Below, piece by piece: positions 1 through 20,369 of a stretch of DNA of 64,000 nucleotides. The position numbers and the translations under genes were made by a program. Within the stretch, counting starts at the first letter, position 1, and each line of letters begins with the position of its first letter. Source of the stretch: Tubiluchus corallicola (Eukaryota > Animalia > Priapulida); NCBI GenBank assembly GCA_030141605.1, contig JAQGDQ010000434.1, positions 134,110-198,109 of the forward strand. The letters run 5' to 3'. The notes beneath the pieces are model-generated. The model made no database searches, had not been told where the DNA came from, and was given only the letters and a program-made list of their open reading frames with translations.

Positions 1-65
1 AGTTCATTATCACTAGCTTACTTGTGGTTGTAAATTTCTGTTCATTTGTGACGTGTCTTTCACAG

Positions 66-9599
<9,534 letters not shown>

Positions 9600-9684
9600 C
9601 ATATCTGCTCTGATTGTTAATTCAGTTTTGCAATTTTGTACCTGATCCACTTGTCTGGTGAACGTGTACCATTCAATTTGATTT

Positions 9685-9690
9685 AATAAA
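9685..9690 (+). terminator. Candidate polyadenylation signal of E(z)
   Basis: AATAAA 86 nt after the stop codon; further AATAAA at ~9934 and ~9981. Confidence 0.35.
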
Positions 9691-10289
9691 TTACTGAAGC
9701 TTAAATTATGAAGTTTTAGCCTCATGATGAATATAAGTTCTGTGTGATTTGTATAATTAGTTACAATACTTAGCTATGAAATTGTTTTTGAAAGGTACAA
9801 AAAACTTTGTAAGACAGGTTTTAAATATTTTTAACATTTTTTTGTGTTTAGTATAACGTAGTTAATGATTTTTTCAAAAGTCTAGTCTACTGCACTAGCA
9901 TTTCAACTTATTTTGCGCTATTAAGTAAAAAGAAATAAAATGACTTGTTTGTACCATGCTATGCTATACTACATATGTGTAATAAAATATTGCACACCTT
10001 TTTGTGATAAAGTTTAATCTTGAATATTCTTAGTCATCTCTTCTCTTCAAAGAATTTCTATAATTAATTTAAGTTTTAAATTAAATAAAATTATTTGAAC
10101 ATAAAAGTACAGTTAAATTGTTAAACTAGTTGACAATATTTCTGACGTGGTCAGAAATGGAAGGTTTTGCAAACAGCAGTTACAGAACTGGGCCCTCAAG
10201 AAATGTCAACATTTTGATTGAAAGTTATAATTTTGATTTTGTTGAGTTTGCATGGCTTGATTACCTAGGGACTGCACTTCACAATGAAA

Positions 10290-11030
10290 TTGCAACTTGT
10301 AACTTTTCAAGCCGTGACCTATGGGTCAAACGTCAGCCAGTCCCACGTCAACTTATACCATTCAATTCACATCATTCAGACCTTTCATTTGATATGTTGC
10401 AAGCCAGTTTCCATTGACACGAAAAAGTATTTTGTCTGCTCGACACCTGTTTTACCTTTAGTTGAGTCAGGGATCAATCAATTTCAGCACAACTTATATC
10501 ACTCAATTTGCCTCATTGAAACGTTTCATTTGATGCACTACAAGCCACTGTTTTTCAAGACTGGAAAAATGTCTGTGATAAATGACCCACCCATTTTCCG
10601 TTTATGACCCCTAGTGGAAATTTTTTCAGCATTCAAATTGCCCATATTCGGCTATGTATAAAATTCTTGCTCTAATTTAAAACTGTAGGCAAAGTAGGCG
10701 CCTAACAAAAAACTGATTGTGTCTAATGTCTTTGACCCTTTCACCCCAGGTGACCATCCACTTTCTGATAAATACTTAGGGTTTTTAGTGCAACTGAGGT
10801 TTTCAGTACACATGTGTTTAAAAAGCTGGGCTTCCTTAAGGGCCCCGTGATAGGAACTGAAGCCGGAAAATGGGTCATGTCAAACTCCATAAGCATAACA
10901 ACTAGAATAACGAAACTTGCTGGGTAGACACCTGAGATAAGTGCCCAAAAAACTATAGGAATGGTGACTCTGGGTCAAAGTTTACAGTGACAGGAGCCAA
11001 AATGTGAAAGTGGGCCTGGCCAAAACGTTT
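10290..11030. repeat. Dispersed degenerate repeat with internal ~140-bp tandem duplication
   Basis: CAACTTATA..TCAATT..TTTCATTTGAT..CAAGCCA occurs twice (~10349 and ~10490). The 3' part matches the 6250-6760 element. Confidence 0.45.
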
Positions 11031-14000
11031 AAGACAAAATCGTTAATATTTCAACAAAACTTTTCAAGGATTTTTGACACTGCATCTAGTAAACTGCAAT
11101 GAAAGCTGTTGGGTACTTTGTCAGGAGACACAGTAATAAAGTAGCTCTACTTTGGATTACTGGCATTCGCGAGCAAATTCAAAGATCTCCCACATCGATA
11201 GCGATGATGATGATGAATTATAGTGATTTTACATCTGTCTTTGGAGATATTTGGTAATCAATTAAGAATTACTTTGTCAATTTTGTTAATTTAGAGCTGC
11301 GCTGCAGCTCTGCCCATACTTTTGCACCTCTTAGTTTTTAAAGGCTGTTTAACTTGTTACTGATAGGCCCCATGCTACAGATCAAAGAACGGAATGTACG
11401 TCTTCGTAACAGTACGCGTACATCTTTGGACGGCGCAAGGGTACCGTAACGTGCAGTAGCATGATGCACTGTTCACTTTTATGAAGTTCATATTTTGATC
11501 TCCAATTTCTAAATTTTTCACTGAATCTCTTAAAAGGTGGTTGCAAAGACAGTAAGAATGATTTATGTAGATTAATTTGTTTTTCTTTTCTTTCGTTTGT
11601 ACATTTTAATAGTGGCTTTTCATAGGACGCTGGTCCTTGTGCTTAAGTAATGTGTTTGGTTAAAGGTTGTGTGTAAAGGCTGTTTCTTTAAAACAGTTGC
11701 ACAACTAAAAGTTTGACCCCAGATTGCAACTTTTAGTTGCACAGCTGGAAATTGCATGTCTGCACCTGGCCTAACCTAGAAATTGTGAAAGTTCTCTAAC
11801 ACAAAAATCATAACATAGAAGTAAACACCAACTTTGTGTAAACAGTCTCTTCACTGGTTCACTCAGTCAGTCTGCTTGTAGTACAGCTTACTTTTTCTAC
11901 TGCATCTCACAGGATAACTCTGGATGTCCCTAGATGTAGAGTAACTGCTTATAAACGTTTTTCTACATGGCTTTTTATCTGTGGAATTTAGTATCAGAAT
12001 ATTGCTTCCCTGAAAACTACAACCTCACTCGATTCAAGAAAGATACCAACAGATACTTTATTTGCCTAGCAAATTCATTAATTTTATAAAAAATTATAAA
12101 AAATCTAAAAGTAATTAAAACTGGCCAAAACCCTAACTTAAAAGTAAGGGAAATTCTGGTGCAATTTATCTAAATTTGATTTTACAAATGGAAATTAGGC
12201 AATTACTCAAAATTCTAATATACTAGGTTTTTGGCTGTTTTATGACCTACAGGCCTAGTAATTATTGACCATCCGGCACTAAAATGCTGGTCTTCATCAA
12301 GTTTCTTCTTCAAGCTTTATCAAGTTTCATTGTTGTGCCTGATCAACTTTCAGGCCATTGAGAAATTTCACTTTTTACACAATATTCGTCAATTTTATTA
12401 CAATGAGCATTTGCAGGTAAAAACTGCCAATAGATCTATTAAGCGACGTTCTTAAGCTTTAAAATGATCACATTTTTGTGTCAAGATCATTTTTGGATTT
12501 TGTGTGTTTTCAGTCAATTAATTGAGTGTTTTGTGCTGTTTTGTTTAGTAAATGAAGCGTTTTTCATGGGGTACCGGCAGATTTTTCTCAAGGAGTTAAA
12601 TTATTTCACAAAAACTTACTTATGCCGACTTAAACAAAAACAGCTAGCATCTTCAAATAGCTAATAAAATATCCAGCCGGAATAATGTTATTTATGTAAA
12701 TGCTGGATATAAGCTTTTTGTGCGCTAAATCATATTTGTAAAAAAAAGAGTGTAAAGTTTCACGCAGCAGCAAGCTGCAGCATAGCTGGAACAATAGGAT
12801 GCCATGGTGTTTGTGACGCACAGCCGCTATGTTCATTGTCGTGCTGTACCTTCTAACATCCCACTGCCCCGAACTGGCATTGCTATGGTGACTGAGCAAT
12901 TTTTTGTCTGCCATCTAGAGAAGAGTTAAAAAAAAATGCAAGTGTGTAATTGCACTATTTGCAGTCGCATGTCAACACAAAAATTACAGTTATGCCACTA
13001 ATTAACGTGTACTTAGATCTGCTAGGAGAATAAGTAAATTTGTTATAATTTATAAAATTTATTATATATTGCAGAAATTGTATTGTTTAGTTGGTTGGAA
13101 CGCTTGTGGCCTTCTGCATTTCCTGCATTAAAGAGGTTCTTGCAGAACTGGCTTCAATTTAGTTTATTGACTATGGCATAGTAAGTCCAAAAATAGTATT
13201 GCAATAATTATTAACGTAGACAAAATTCAGAATTAAGTGTACTTTTTGAATGTTATCTGTAGCCTAATTTAATTTAACTTTCATTTAATTTGAAATTTGT
13301 CTTTGAACACAGAGTTTGCAAAGAGGCCAGTCTCATCAAGGTTATAATTTTCTAGGTTTCCGCTTTAATAGTCAATGTTAGCAAGGGTTGACGATTACTG
13401 ACTGGGGAAGAGAAGATTTATCGAAAAAGTAAATTTAATACAAAGATGCATGTATAGAGAGAGGCATCTTTATGTACTGCTTTTTTGCCCTTTAGTTTCA
13501 ATGTGAACCTGCAGGCACATTATGTAAGATTCTGACGTGGCCCAAGAAACATAGCAAATTGCACTTAACTTGGTCACAAAAATATTTCCACATTGTCTTT
13601 GGTTAAATTTGGTGAAATGTATCGTTGCTGTACTACTTTACTTTCTCTTCTATATATATACAGTGCAGTGTTTTGTTTGGTAAAAATATTTTGTGATTCT
13701 GACCTCAATAAGTATCACTAAGGTTACTGTAACTTACTTAATACACATACAGGTTCCTATAGTTATGGTATTTGGCATCGGTTATAAATTATAACTTAAA
13801 TATAACAATGGATTTTTCTCGCTTTTAATCTCTTGTGCAACAGACTACATCTTTCAGCCAAGATAACAAGTTACATAGTACTACAATATTGTAATAATAA
13901 ATTATCATTCTTAATATGTACGTGTCTCATGCAGTACTTACAATTTAATTTACGGCACAGTCAAATACTGGAAACGTGTAATGCTTCCTATTTTAAAAAG

Positions 14001-14678
14001 TTAAGTAATGATAAAGCAACAAAAATTAAGCAATTCATAAGTAAAATTGGGCTCTAAAATTTCGTATCTATTCCACATACCCTTTTTAAAAAAAGTCAAC
14101 ACTCTAATTAATTCTGCCAACTTAACTGCAAAAGGGTGATGTAGCAAAAAAAGAAACGATTGTATTGTGCATGGTGAATTTGAGGAGAAAAATAAATATG
14201 TCTGTGCCTGTGTGTAAAATCATTCATTGCTAAAAAAATGTATGCAGATTTCCCAGCCAATACAAGTGGCACAAACTCCGAGTTTTTGACTAATCCTTAA
14301 AAAAGAGATTGTTTTCTTGCCGAAAGTGCACAGTGTAATATGTTGATGTTGCATACATTTATGTAATTCGTCGTTTGCATATATGTGGCCTATTTGTCAG
14401 TTTTCACTTTTGTATTTCAGTTTGCTAGGCATCATTGAATAGTTGCTTTTCTAATCCTTCATTTATTTTGCTCTATGGTAGAACAGTCATTGACTTTTAT
14501 TTATTAAATAAACCTCTACCATTGTATAGGTAGTCATTTGCCAACTAGAAACAACAAACGAAATTGCTCCTTTCATGATATAGACATCATTCATGTCTAA
14601 GTGTGGATTTTTAATCTAGGCAATCTTTTTGTTTTTGTTAGGATGTACCTGAGTTGGCTACAATTTAACTGACTTGTA

Positions 14679-16793
14679 ATGGAGGACAAGGACAATTTTG
14701 GTTTGGCATTTCAGGAAACTGCACCTGGTATGGAACTAGGTCTAGAAAATTCAGATGTGCTTTCTGGAGATCATGTGTTAGATGCGGTTGATATGCACAT
14801 ACAGAAGAACTTAGAAGATGAACTTGTGAAAGAAGCCTTGAATGAAGGCGTCGATTTGAGGCAGTATTCCAAGCAGGTGGAAGCAGAATTACTTGACGTT
14901 GAAAATGCATCTATTCAAGACTACATTAAAGAAAGCCAAAATATAGCAAGCTTGCATAATCAAATAACTGCTTGTGATTCTATATTGGAGACGATGGAAA
15001 ATATGTTAAGTGGATTTGAAACTGATTTAAGCAGCATTAGTGACGAGATACAAACACTGCAAGCACAATCTATTGCCATGAGTATTAAACTAAAGAACAG
15101 ACAGAGTGTTAGGGGAGAATTGAGCCAGTTTGTTCATGAAATAGCTGTGCCAGAATTCATGATTACTACAATACTTGACACAAGTGTCACCGAGAGAGAT
15201 TTTCTTGAACAACTCCACGAACTAAATCACAAGATTAATTTTGTTAAAGAGCAGTCATTCAATGATTGTAAGGCTGCAATTGATGTGAAAGATGTGTTAG
15301 AAAAACTCAAGATTAAGTCCATTGCAAAAACACGAGAGTTTCTGTTACAAAAAATATACCAGTTTCGAAAACCAATGACCAATTACCAAATTCCCCAGGA
15401 TGCGATGTTAAAATTTCGTTTCTTTTATGAGTTCATGCTTTGCAATGAAAGACATGTTGCAAAAGAAATTAGAGATGAATACATAGATACGATGAGCAAG
15501 ATCTATTACTCCTACTTCCGCAGTTACATTAACAGAGTCATGAAGTTACAGTTTGAAGATGTGGCCGATAAAGATGATTTGATGGGGGTTGAGGACACTG
15601 CGAGACGTGGTATATTTTCGTCAAAGCCCCAGTTGAAAAATCGTTCTACAACTTTTACACTTGGAAGCAGAGGCAGCATTCTAACCAATTCTTTAGAAGC
15701 TCCTATTATTGTTCCTCATGCTGCTCAAAAATCTATGCAAAATAGATACTCATATGAAGCATTATTTAGAAGCATACATTTTGCTTTAATGGACAACTGC
15801 TGTAGAGAGTATTTGTTTCTGACCGAGTTCTTTTTAGTGTCTAATGCTGCAGCACACGACTTGTTTTACATGGTGATGGGAAAAACACTGGGAATGTTTT
15901 TGAGTGATCTGGAACGGCATATGAATGAATCATATGATTCCATTGCCATATTTTTATGCATACATTTGGTTTACAGATATCAGGTCATCATGCATAAACG
16001 TGGTGTCCCTGCTTTAGATAAATACTGGGAAACAGTGCAGAGTATATTGTGGCCTAGATTTGAATATATTTTACAACTAAACATACAAAATATAAATGAG
16101 ACTGATCCCAGCAAACTAGCTTCTATTGATGTAAGGCCGCACTATATTACAAGAAGATATGCCGAGTTTTCTGCTGCTATAGTTGGTCTCAACGAAAGTT
16201 TTCCTAGTGAGAGGGTAAACAGATTGCTTGCCGCACTGCAGGGAGAAGTAGAAAATTTCATTCTTCGAATGGCAGCCGAGTTTCCACACCGGAAAGAGCA
16301 ACTCATTTTCTTAATTAACAATTACGATATGATGTTGAGTGTCATAATGGAAAGGACAACAGACGATTCGAAAGAGTCAGAAAGCTTTAAAGAGCTTCTG
16401 AGTGCAAGGCAGCAGGACTTTGTAGAGGAGCTGCTTTCTCCTTATTTCGGTAATATGATAACATTTGTGAAGGAATGTGAAAATCTGATAGAAAGGGGCC
16501 AAGCTGATCAAATCATTAAAGATGAAAGGAAAGTTACTATGATAGTGCGCTCATTTAACAGTGATTGGAAGAAAGCAATTGATGAGTTGAACAACGAAGT
16601 CATGCAGTGTTTCACTAACTTCAAGAATGGAACTTCCATCTTACAAGCAGCTTTGACGCAGCTGATTCAATATTATCACAGATTCCAAAAAATTCTCTCG
16701 TTGCAAACATTCAAAGGGATGGCAGTGCGTAGCGAACTCATCAACATACACCATGTTATGGTCGAAGTAAAAAAACACAAGCCAAATTTTTAA
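14679..16793 (+). CDS. VPS52: Vacuolar protein sorting-associated protein 52 (GARP/EARP subunit), 704 aa, single coding exon
   Basis: Uninterrupted 704-aa ORF with Vps52 motifs (LVKEALNEGVDLRQYSKQVE, IASLHNQITACDSILE, RKPMTNYQIPQ, DVRPHYITRRYAEFSAA, FLINNYDMML, ELINIHHVMVEVKKHKPNF). Polypyrimidine/AG acceptor at 14640-14641 in the 5' UTR. Confidence 0.97.
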   Translation: MEDKDNFGLAFQETAPGMELGLENSDVLSGDHVLDAVDMHIQKNLEDELVKEALNEGVDLRQYSKQVEAELLDVENASIQDYIKESQNIASLHNQITACDSILETMENMLSGFETDLSSISDEIQTLQAQSIAMSIKLKNRQSVRGELSQFVHEIAVPEFMITTILDTSVTERDFLEQLHELNHKINFVKEQSFNDCKAAIDVKDVLEKLKIKSIAKTREFLLQKIYQFRKPMTNYQIPQDAMLKFRFFYEFMLCNERHVAKEIRDEYIDTMSKIYYSYFRSYINRVMKLQFEDVADKDDLMGVEDTARRGIFSSKPQLKNRSTTFTLGSRGSILTNSLEAPIIVPHAAQKSMQNRYSYEALFRSIHFALMDNCCREYLFLTEFFLVSNAAAHDLFYMVMGKTLGMFLSDLERHMNESYDSIAIFLCIHLVYRYQVIMHKRGVPALDKYWETVQSILWPRFEYILQLNIQNINETDPSKLASIDVRPHYITRRYAEFSAAIVGLNESFPSERVNRLLAALQGEVENFILRMAAEFPHRKEQLIFLINNYDMMLSVIMERTTDDSKESESFKELLSARQQDFVEELLSPYFGNMITFVKECENLIERGQADQIIKDERKVTMIVRSFNSDWKKAIDELNNEVMQCFTNFKNGTSILQAALTQLIQYYHRFQKILSLQTFKGMAVRSELINIHHVMVEVKKHKPNF

Positions 16794-17345
16794 TAATTGC
16801 ATAATTCCTTGCTTTGCTAGTAGTTATTTATTAAGTTTCTGATCCTGGACTGTTAGAAATATTTTTGGTTCATCAAAAATTATTGTGGTTGACTTCTTGT
16901 TACTTATTTTTTAAATATATTAGTAAAACACTTGTTAATCTTTGAGGACAATGATTGTAAGTTATAAATGGTTCTAGAGAAATCTGACATTAACCATTGT
17001 TACAACGTAGTTATGGCAAAATCACAATAAATTTCACCCGTTATAACTAAGCAAAAATAATTATTTTCAATTCTTTATTTGTCATACTTGACTGATTTAT
17101 GTGTCACTATCTTTAAACTATAGGAATACTTAAAATGTAAGTGCAGTTTGTAATATTTGTCAAATTTTACATCTGTGTTACCATTATTATAGTATGAAGC
17201 ATAAAAGGCAAGTATCTTAATGCAGGTTGTAGCAGCACACTAAGGGTATTCTATAGTAATTAGAGAACGTCCCACAGAAGTGATTTCCTGGCAAATTCTG
17301 TTTTTTAGTAGTAGGTACTACAGATGGCGCTGCTTGAGGAACCTT

Positions 17346-17760
17346 TAGGGTTGCCAGATTATAAAATTAGAAACATGGGACATTCTTAACGAACTATATT
17401 ACATTTCTCTATTTTACTTTATATATACATATTTATTTATTTATGTATATTTATATGTATATATAAGTATGAATGGGTTATGAGGAAAACAAAAGTAAAA
17501 TCATTTGCAAGTGTTTATTTAAATTGCAGACAGCAGAGAAATATTATTATTTAATACACACATTATAGATAACTAAAGAAATTCTGAGAAAGTGAGGTCA
17601 TTGAAATTACAACTAAGAACGGTAAGAAGGCAGTATTTTCATTACAGAATTTGAAAATGAACTAAATGTGGGACATACGGGTGTCCCTAAGAGGTCAGTA
17701 CGGGACGGGACAAAATTATCACGGGCATGTCCTGTATATAAGGAATGTCTGACAACCCTA
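17346..17760. mobile_element. Non-autonomous hAT (Blackjack-like) MITE, 415 bp
   Basis: TIRs TAGGGTTGCCAGA ... TCTGACAACCCTA. 8-bp TSD GGAACCTT (17338-17345) / GGAAGCTT (17761-17768), 7 of 8 identical. Subterminal GGGAC repeats. Confidence 0.85.
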
Positions 17761-17949
17761 GGAAGCTTGATTTTCCAAAAACTGATTATCTGAACAAATA
17801 ATTTATACAGATCTGTTAGTTAGAAGCCATAATCTTTTATTTAAAAAATTAGTTTAAAAAAATGCACAATAATTATTACATTTAGTCCTTGACTATGTAT
17901 TATATTAATTATTTATAATCTTGCTGTCAAGACTGTTATTAATGATGGT

Positions 17950-19310
17950 ATAAACCTACAATTAATTTAATTATGAAACCAAACTTGAAAAGCAGAAAAT
18001 TAGAAAAAGTTCGAACACAGCCTGGATTTGAACTGGGACTTTTTGCTTATACAACAGACACGGCCACTAGACTGTTGCCTAGCGATCCCTTAAGAATGGT
18101 CTACTATGTTAACTTCAGGCTCAAAATTAATGAAATTTGACATCTAATTAAATGTAGATAGAATCTAAATAGCATGAGCAGTCTAACATTGGAAAGGGTG
18201 CATGACATTTGGGTATAGCCACGCGTCACAAAAAATCTATTCACGCCAATATTATGATCACAATATTCATTGAAGGCTAGGTGTGATTTAGAAGAAACCG
18301 ACTCAGAATGCGCTGTTTAGTTCATTAGTTGTCTATAGTTCATTACTAGCCGTCAACTCAAAAACGATTAGCTAGATCGGTTAGTTAACGATCGAATAAT
18401 ATATGTCTGTCAATACCACAACATCAACGATAATTGTAAGCATTTTGTTGTATCTCTTGCAAAATATAACGCTCGATAATTTTGTGCGTTCGGCAGCAGT
18501 GCTTTTACACGCGCTAAGGTGAGTTATACAATCATTGTACTTTGTTTCCAGTTTTACACGATCGCACGCACGAAAATAATTATTTCTTTTCTGTGCAAAG
18601 CGGATATGACATTCTCTGATGTAATCAGGACTCAGGCAGCGTACGAGCATTCCCACAATAATTTTAGGTTATTAGGCAGCTTGGCTTGTAACGCAAAGCA
18701 GAAATCACATTGGACGTAATTTCTGTGCCCAAATGTCCTGTTGGCAATGCTGAACTAGCTGGCCACCCCCAGGAAATAAAGTTTAGATCGTCAAATTCGC
18801 AATCGGGAACACAGTAGTTCTTTTCGTCTATTTTGTAAGCAGAAGGTGCCTGGTTCATATCCAGTTGTATTCTTTTTCATTTTTATTAGTTCAGATGTTT
18901 TTCAAGTTTAGTTTCAAAATTAAATTTTCTTTAATACATCTACTGTTTAGTCACTGCTATTTGAATGTCTTGTGCTTTAGTGTCATATTAGTTTGAATAA
19001 TTCAGGTCTATACATAGCCTGAGGGGATAAACTTTGGACTGTCAAAATAGCTGGGGAACATGGTATCTAGCATTCATGGCGTCTGTCTTGTAAGTTAAAG
19101 GTTCCTAGTTCTGTCTTGTAAGTTAAAAGTTCCTAGTTCAAATCCAGGCTGTGTTACATTTTTTCATAATTATTATTTCACATTTTTTAAGGTTGGTTTC
19201 AAAATTGCATCAGCACATATACTAGCTATGTTTAGTCACTGTAATCTGATTATCTGAAGGTCTTGTTCTTTAGGACCATATTACTTTAAATAAGTAAGGT
19301 TTTTATGTAG
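17950..19310. repeat. Cluster of three degenerate units with a tRNA-like core: two tandem on + (~18766-19017, ~19018-19310) and one partial inverted copy (~17950-18120)
   Basis: Shared words GTTCAAATCCAGGCTGTGTT, GTTTCAAAATT, TGTTTAGTCACTG and GTCTTGT.CTTTAG..CATATTA. The second + unit has an internal 28-bp tandem duplication. Confidence 0.75.
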
Positions 19311-20029
19311 GGCAATTTTGCGAATTGATATTAAATTTTTGAGTATTGGAGAAATCAGATGTACACTTTCATTAATATTTTCAAACCTTTAAAAATAGTC
19401 AGGAGCTTATAATATAAAGGATGGGTATTTTTATCGAAAGTACCTACATGTATTCAAAAATACTTTGGCATTTTTTGTGAGGGTGGGCATAATATCTCTT
19501 CCAAGAAGTGCAATCGTTTGGGAATGAGTTTACATCGGGAGACTAGCTCCATACATAAAGTATAGTGATTTAGGTTATTAACCCAACAATAACACAACAA
19601 AGAAACATGGTTTTAACATGTAGAACGGCTTTAAAAGTGATGTATAAACTCATAACAAGACATACATGATTCTGAAAAGTAAAATGCAGAAAATTCCAAA
19701 TTGTAGCAAGAGAGCTCAGAGAGTTGGTGGGCAGGAGAGATTAAAGAGAGAGCGCGCTCAAAAAAGAAGACGACAATTAAAACAAGCCGAGAAATAAAGA
19801 TGGGGAAGAAAGGGAAAACAATCAAAAATAATAACAGTGACAGACCACTACTATACGCGGGAAATACAATATATACGCACTTCGTTCAGCGCAACGAAAA
19901 CTCTTATAAGTCATCATTATAGCTTGTATTAATTAGCATTAGTTTTGTATCCCTTTTCTGAAGTTTCATAACTCTGCAGCTTTGCGACCGGCGTTTTCAA
20001 GGCAGATTACCCCTACAGCCAGAGCTGTA

Positions 20030-20340
20030 TTGCAGTAACCTTGAATTGATCGAGGTCGCATGACGGACAGCATTAGAGTGTTTCCGGACCAAAAATCGGT
20101 TGTCAAACTTGGTAATTCCACGGCGTACTACTCATCATTACCATCCCCTTCTTGGCTAAAACCTCACCACCACTGTGTTAAAGCAAAAAGTAAGCTCAAA
20201 AGCCGGAACTTCGACTCAAGACGTGTATCAGCACGCATGCGCATTAGACACGACAGGCAAGCTGATTATTGATCACGATCACGAGTTGGTGATCCATCAC
20301 TTTTCGTTGCCGTCGAAGAAAGATTTGTTAACTATTTTCT
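20030..20340 (+). promoter_or_regulatory. Putative CD63 promoter / 5' region
   Basis: Local CpG enrichment directly upstream of the ATG, with ETS-like GCCGGAA (~20202), NRF1-like ACGCATGCGCA (~20233) and E-box-like TCACGAG (~20279). Confidence 0.4.
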
Positions 20341-20369
20341 TTGTATTTTATTAGATTTAACTGTTCAAA

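Noticed and set aside
10515-10565. Minus-strand CTTGAAAAA..GAAACGTT as a hammerhead variant
   Set aside because: No CUGANGA core or stem II, and the tandem sister copy lacks the motif.
18790-19160. Functional tRNA-Thr genes
   Set aside because: Each copy has broken D or anticodon arms or an internal duplication; only the composite is tRNA-like.
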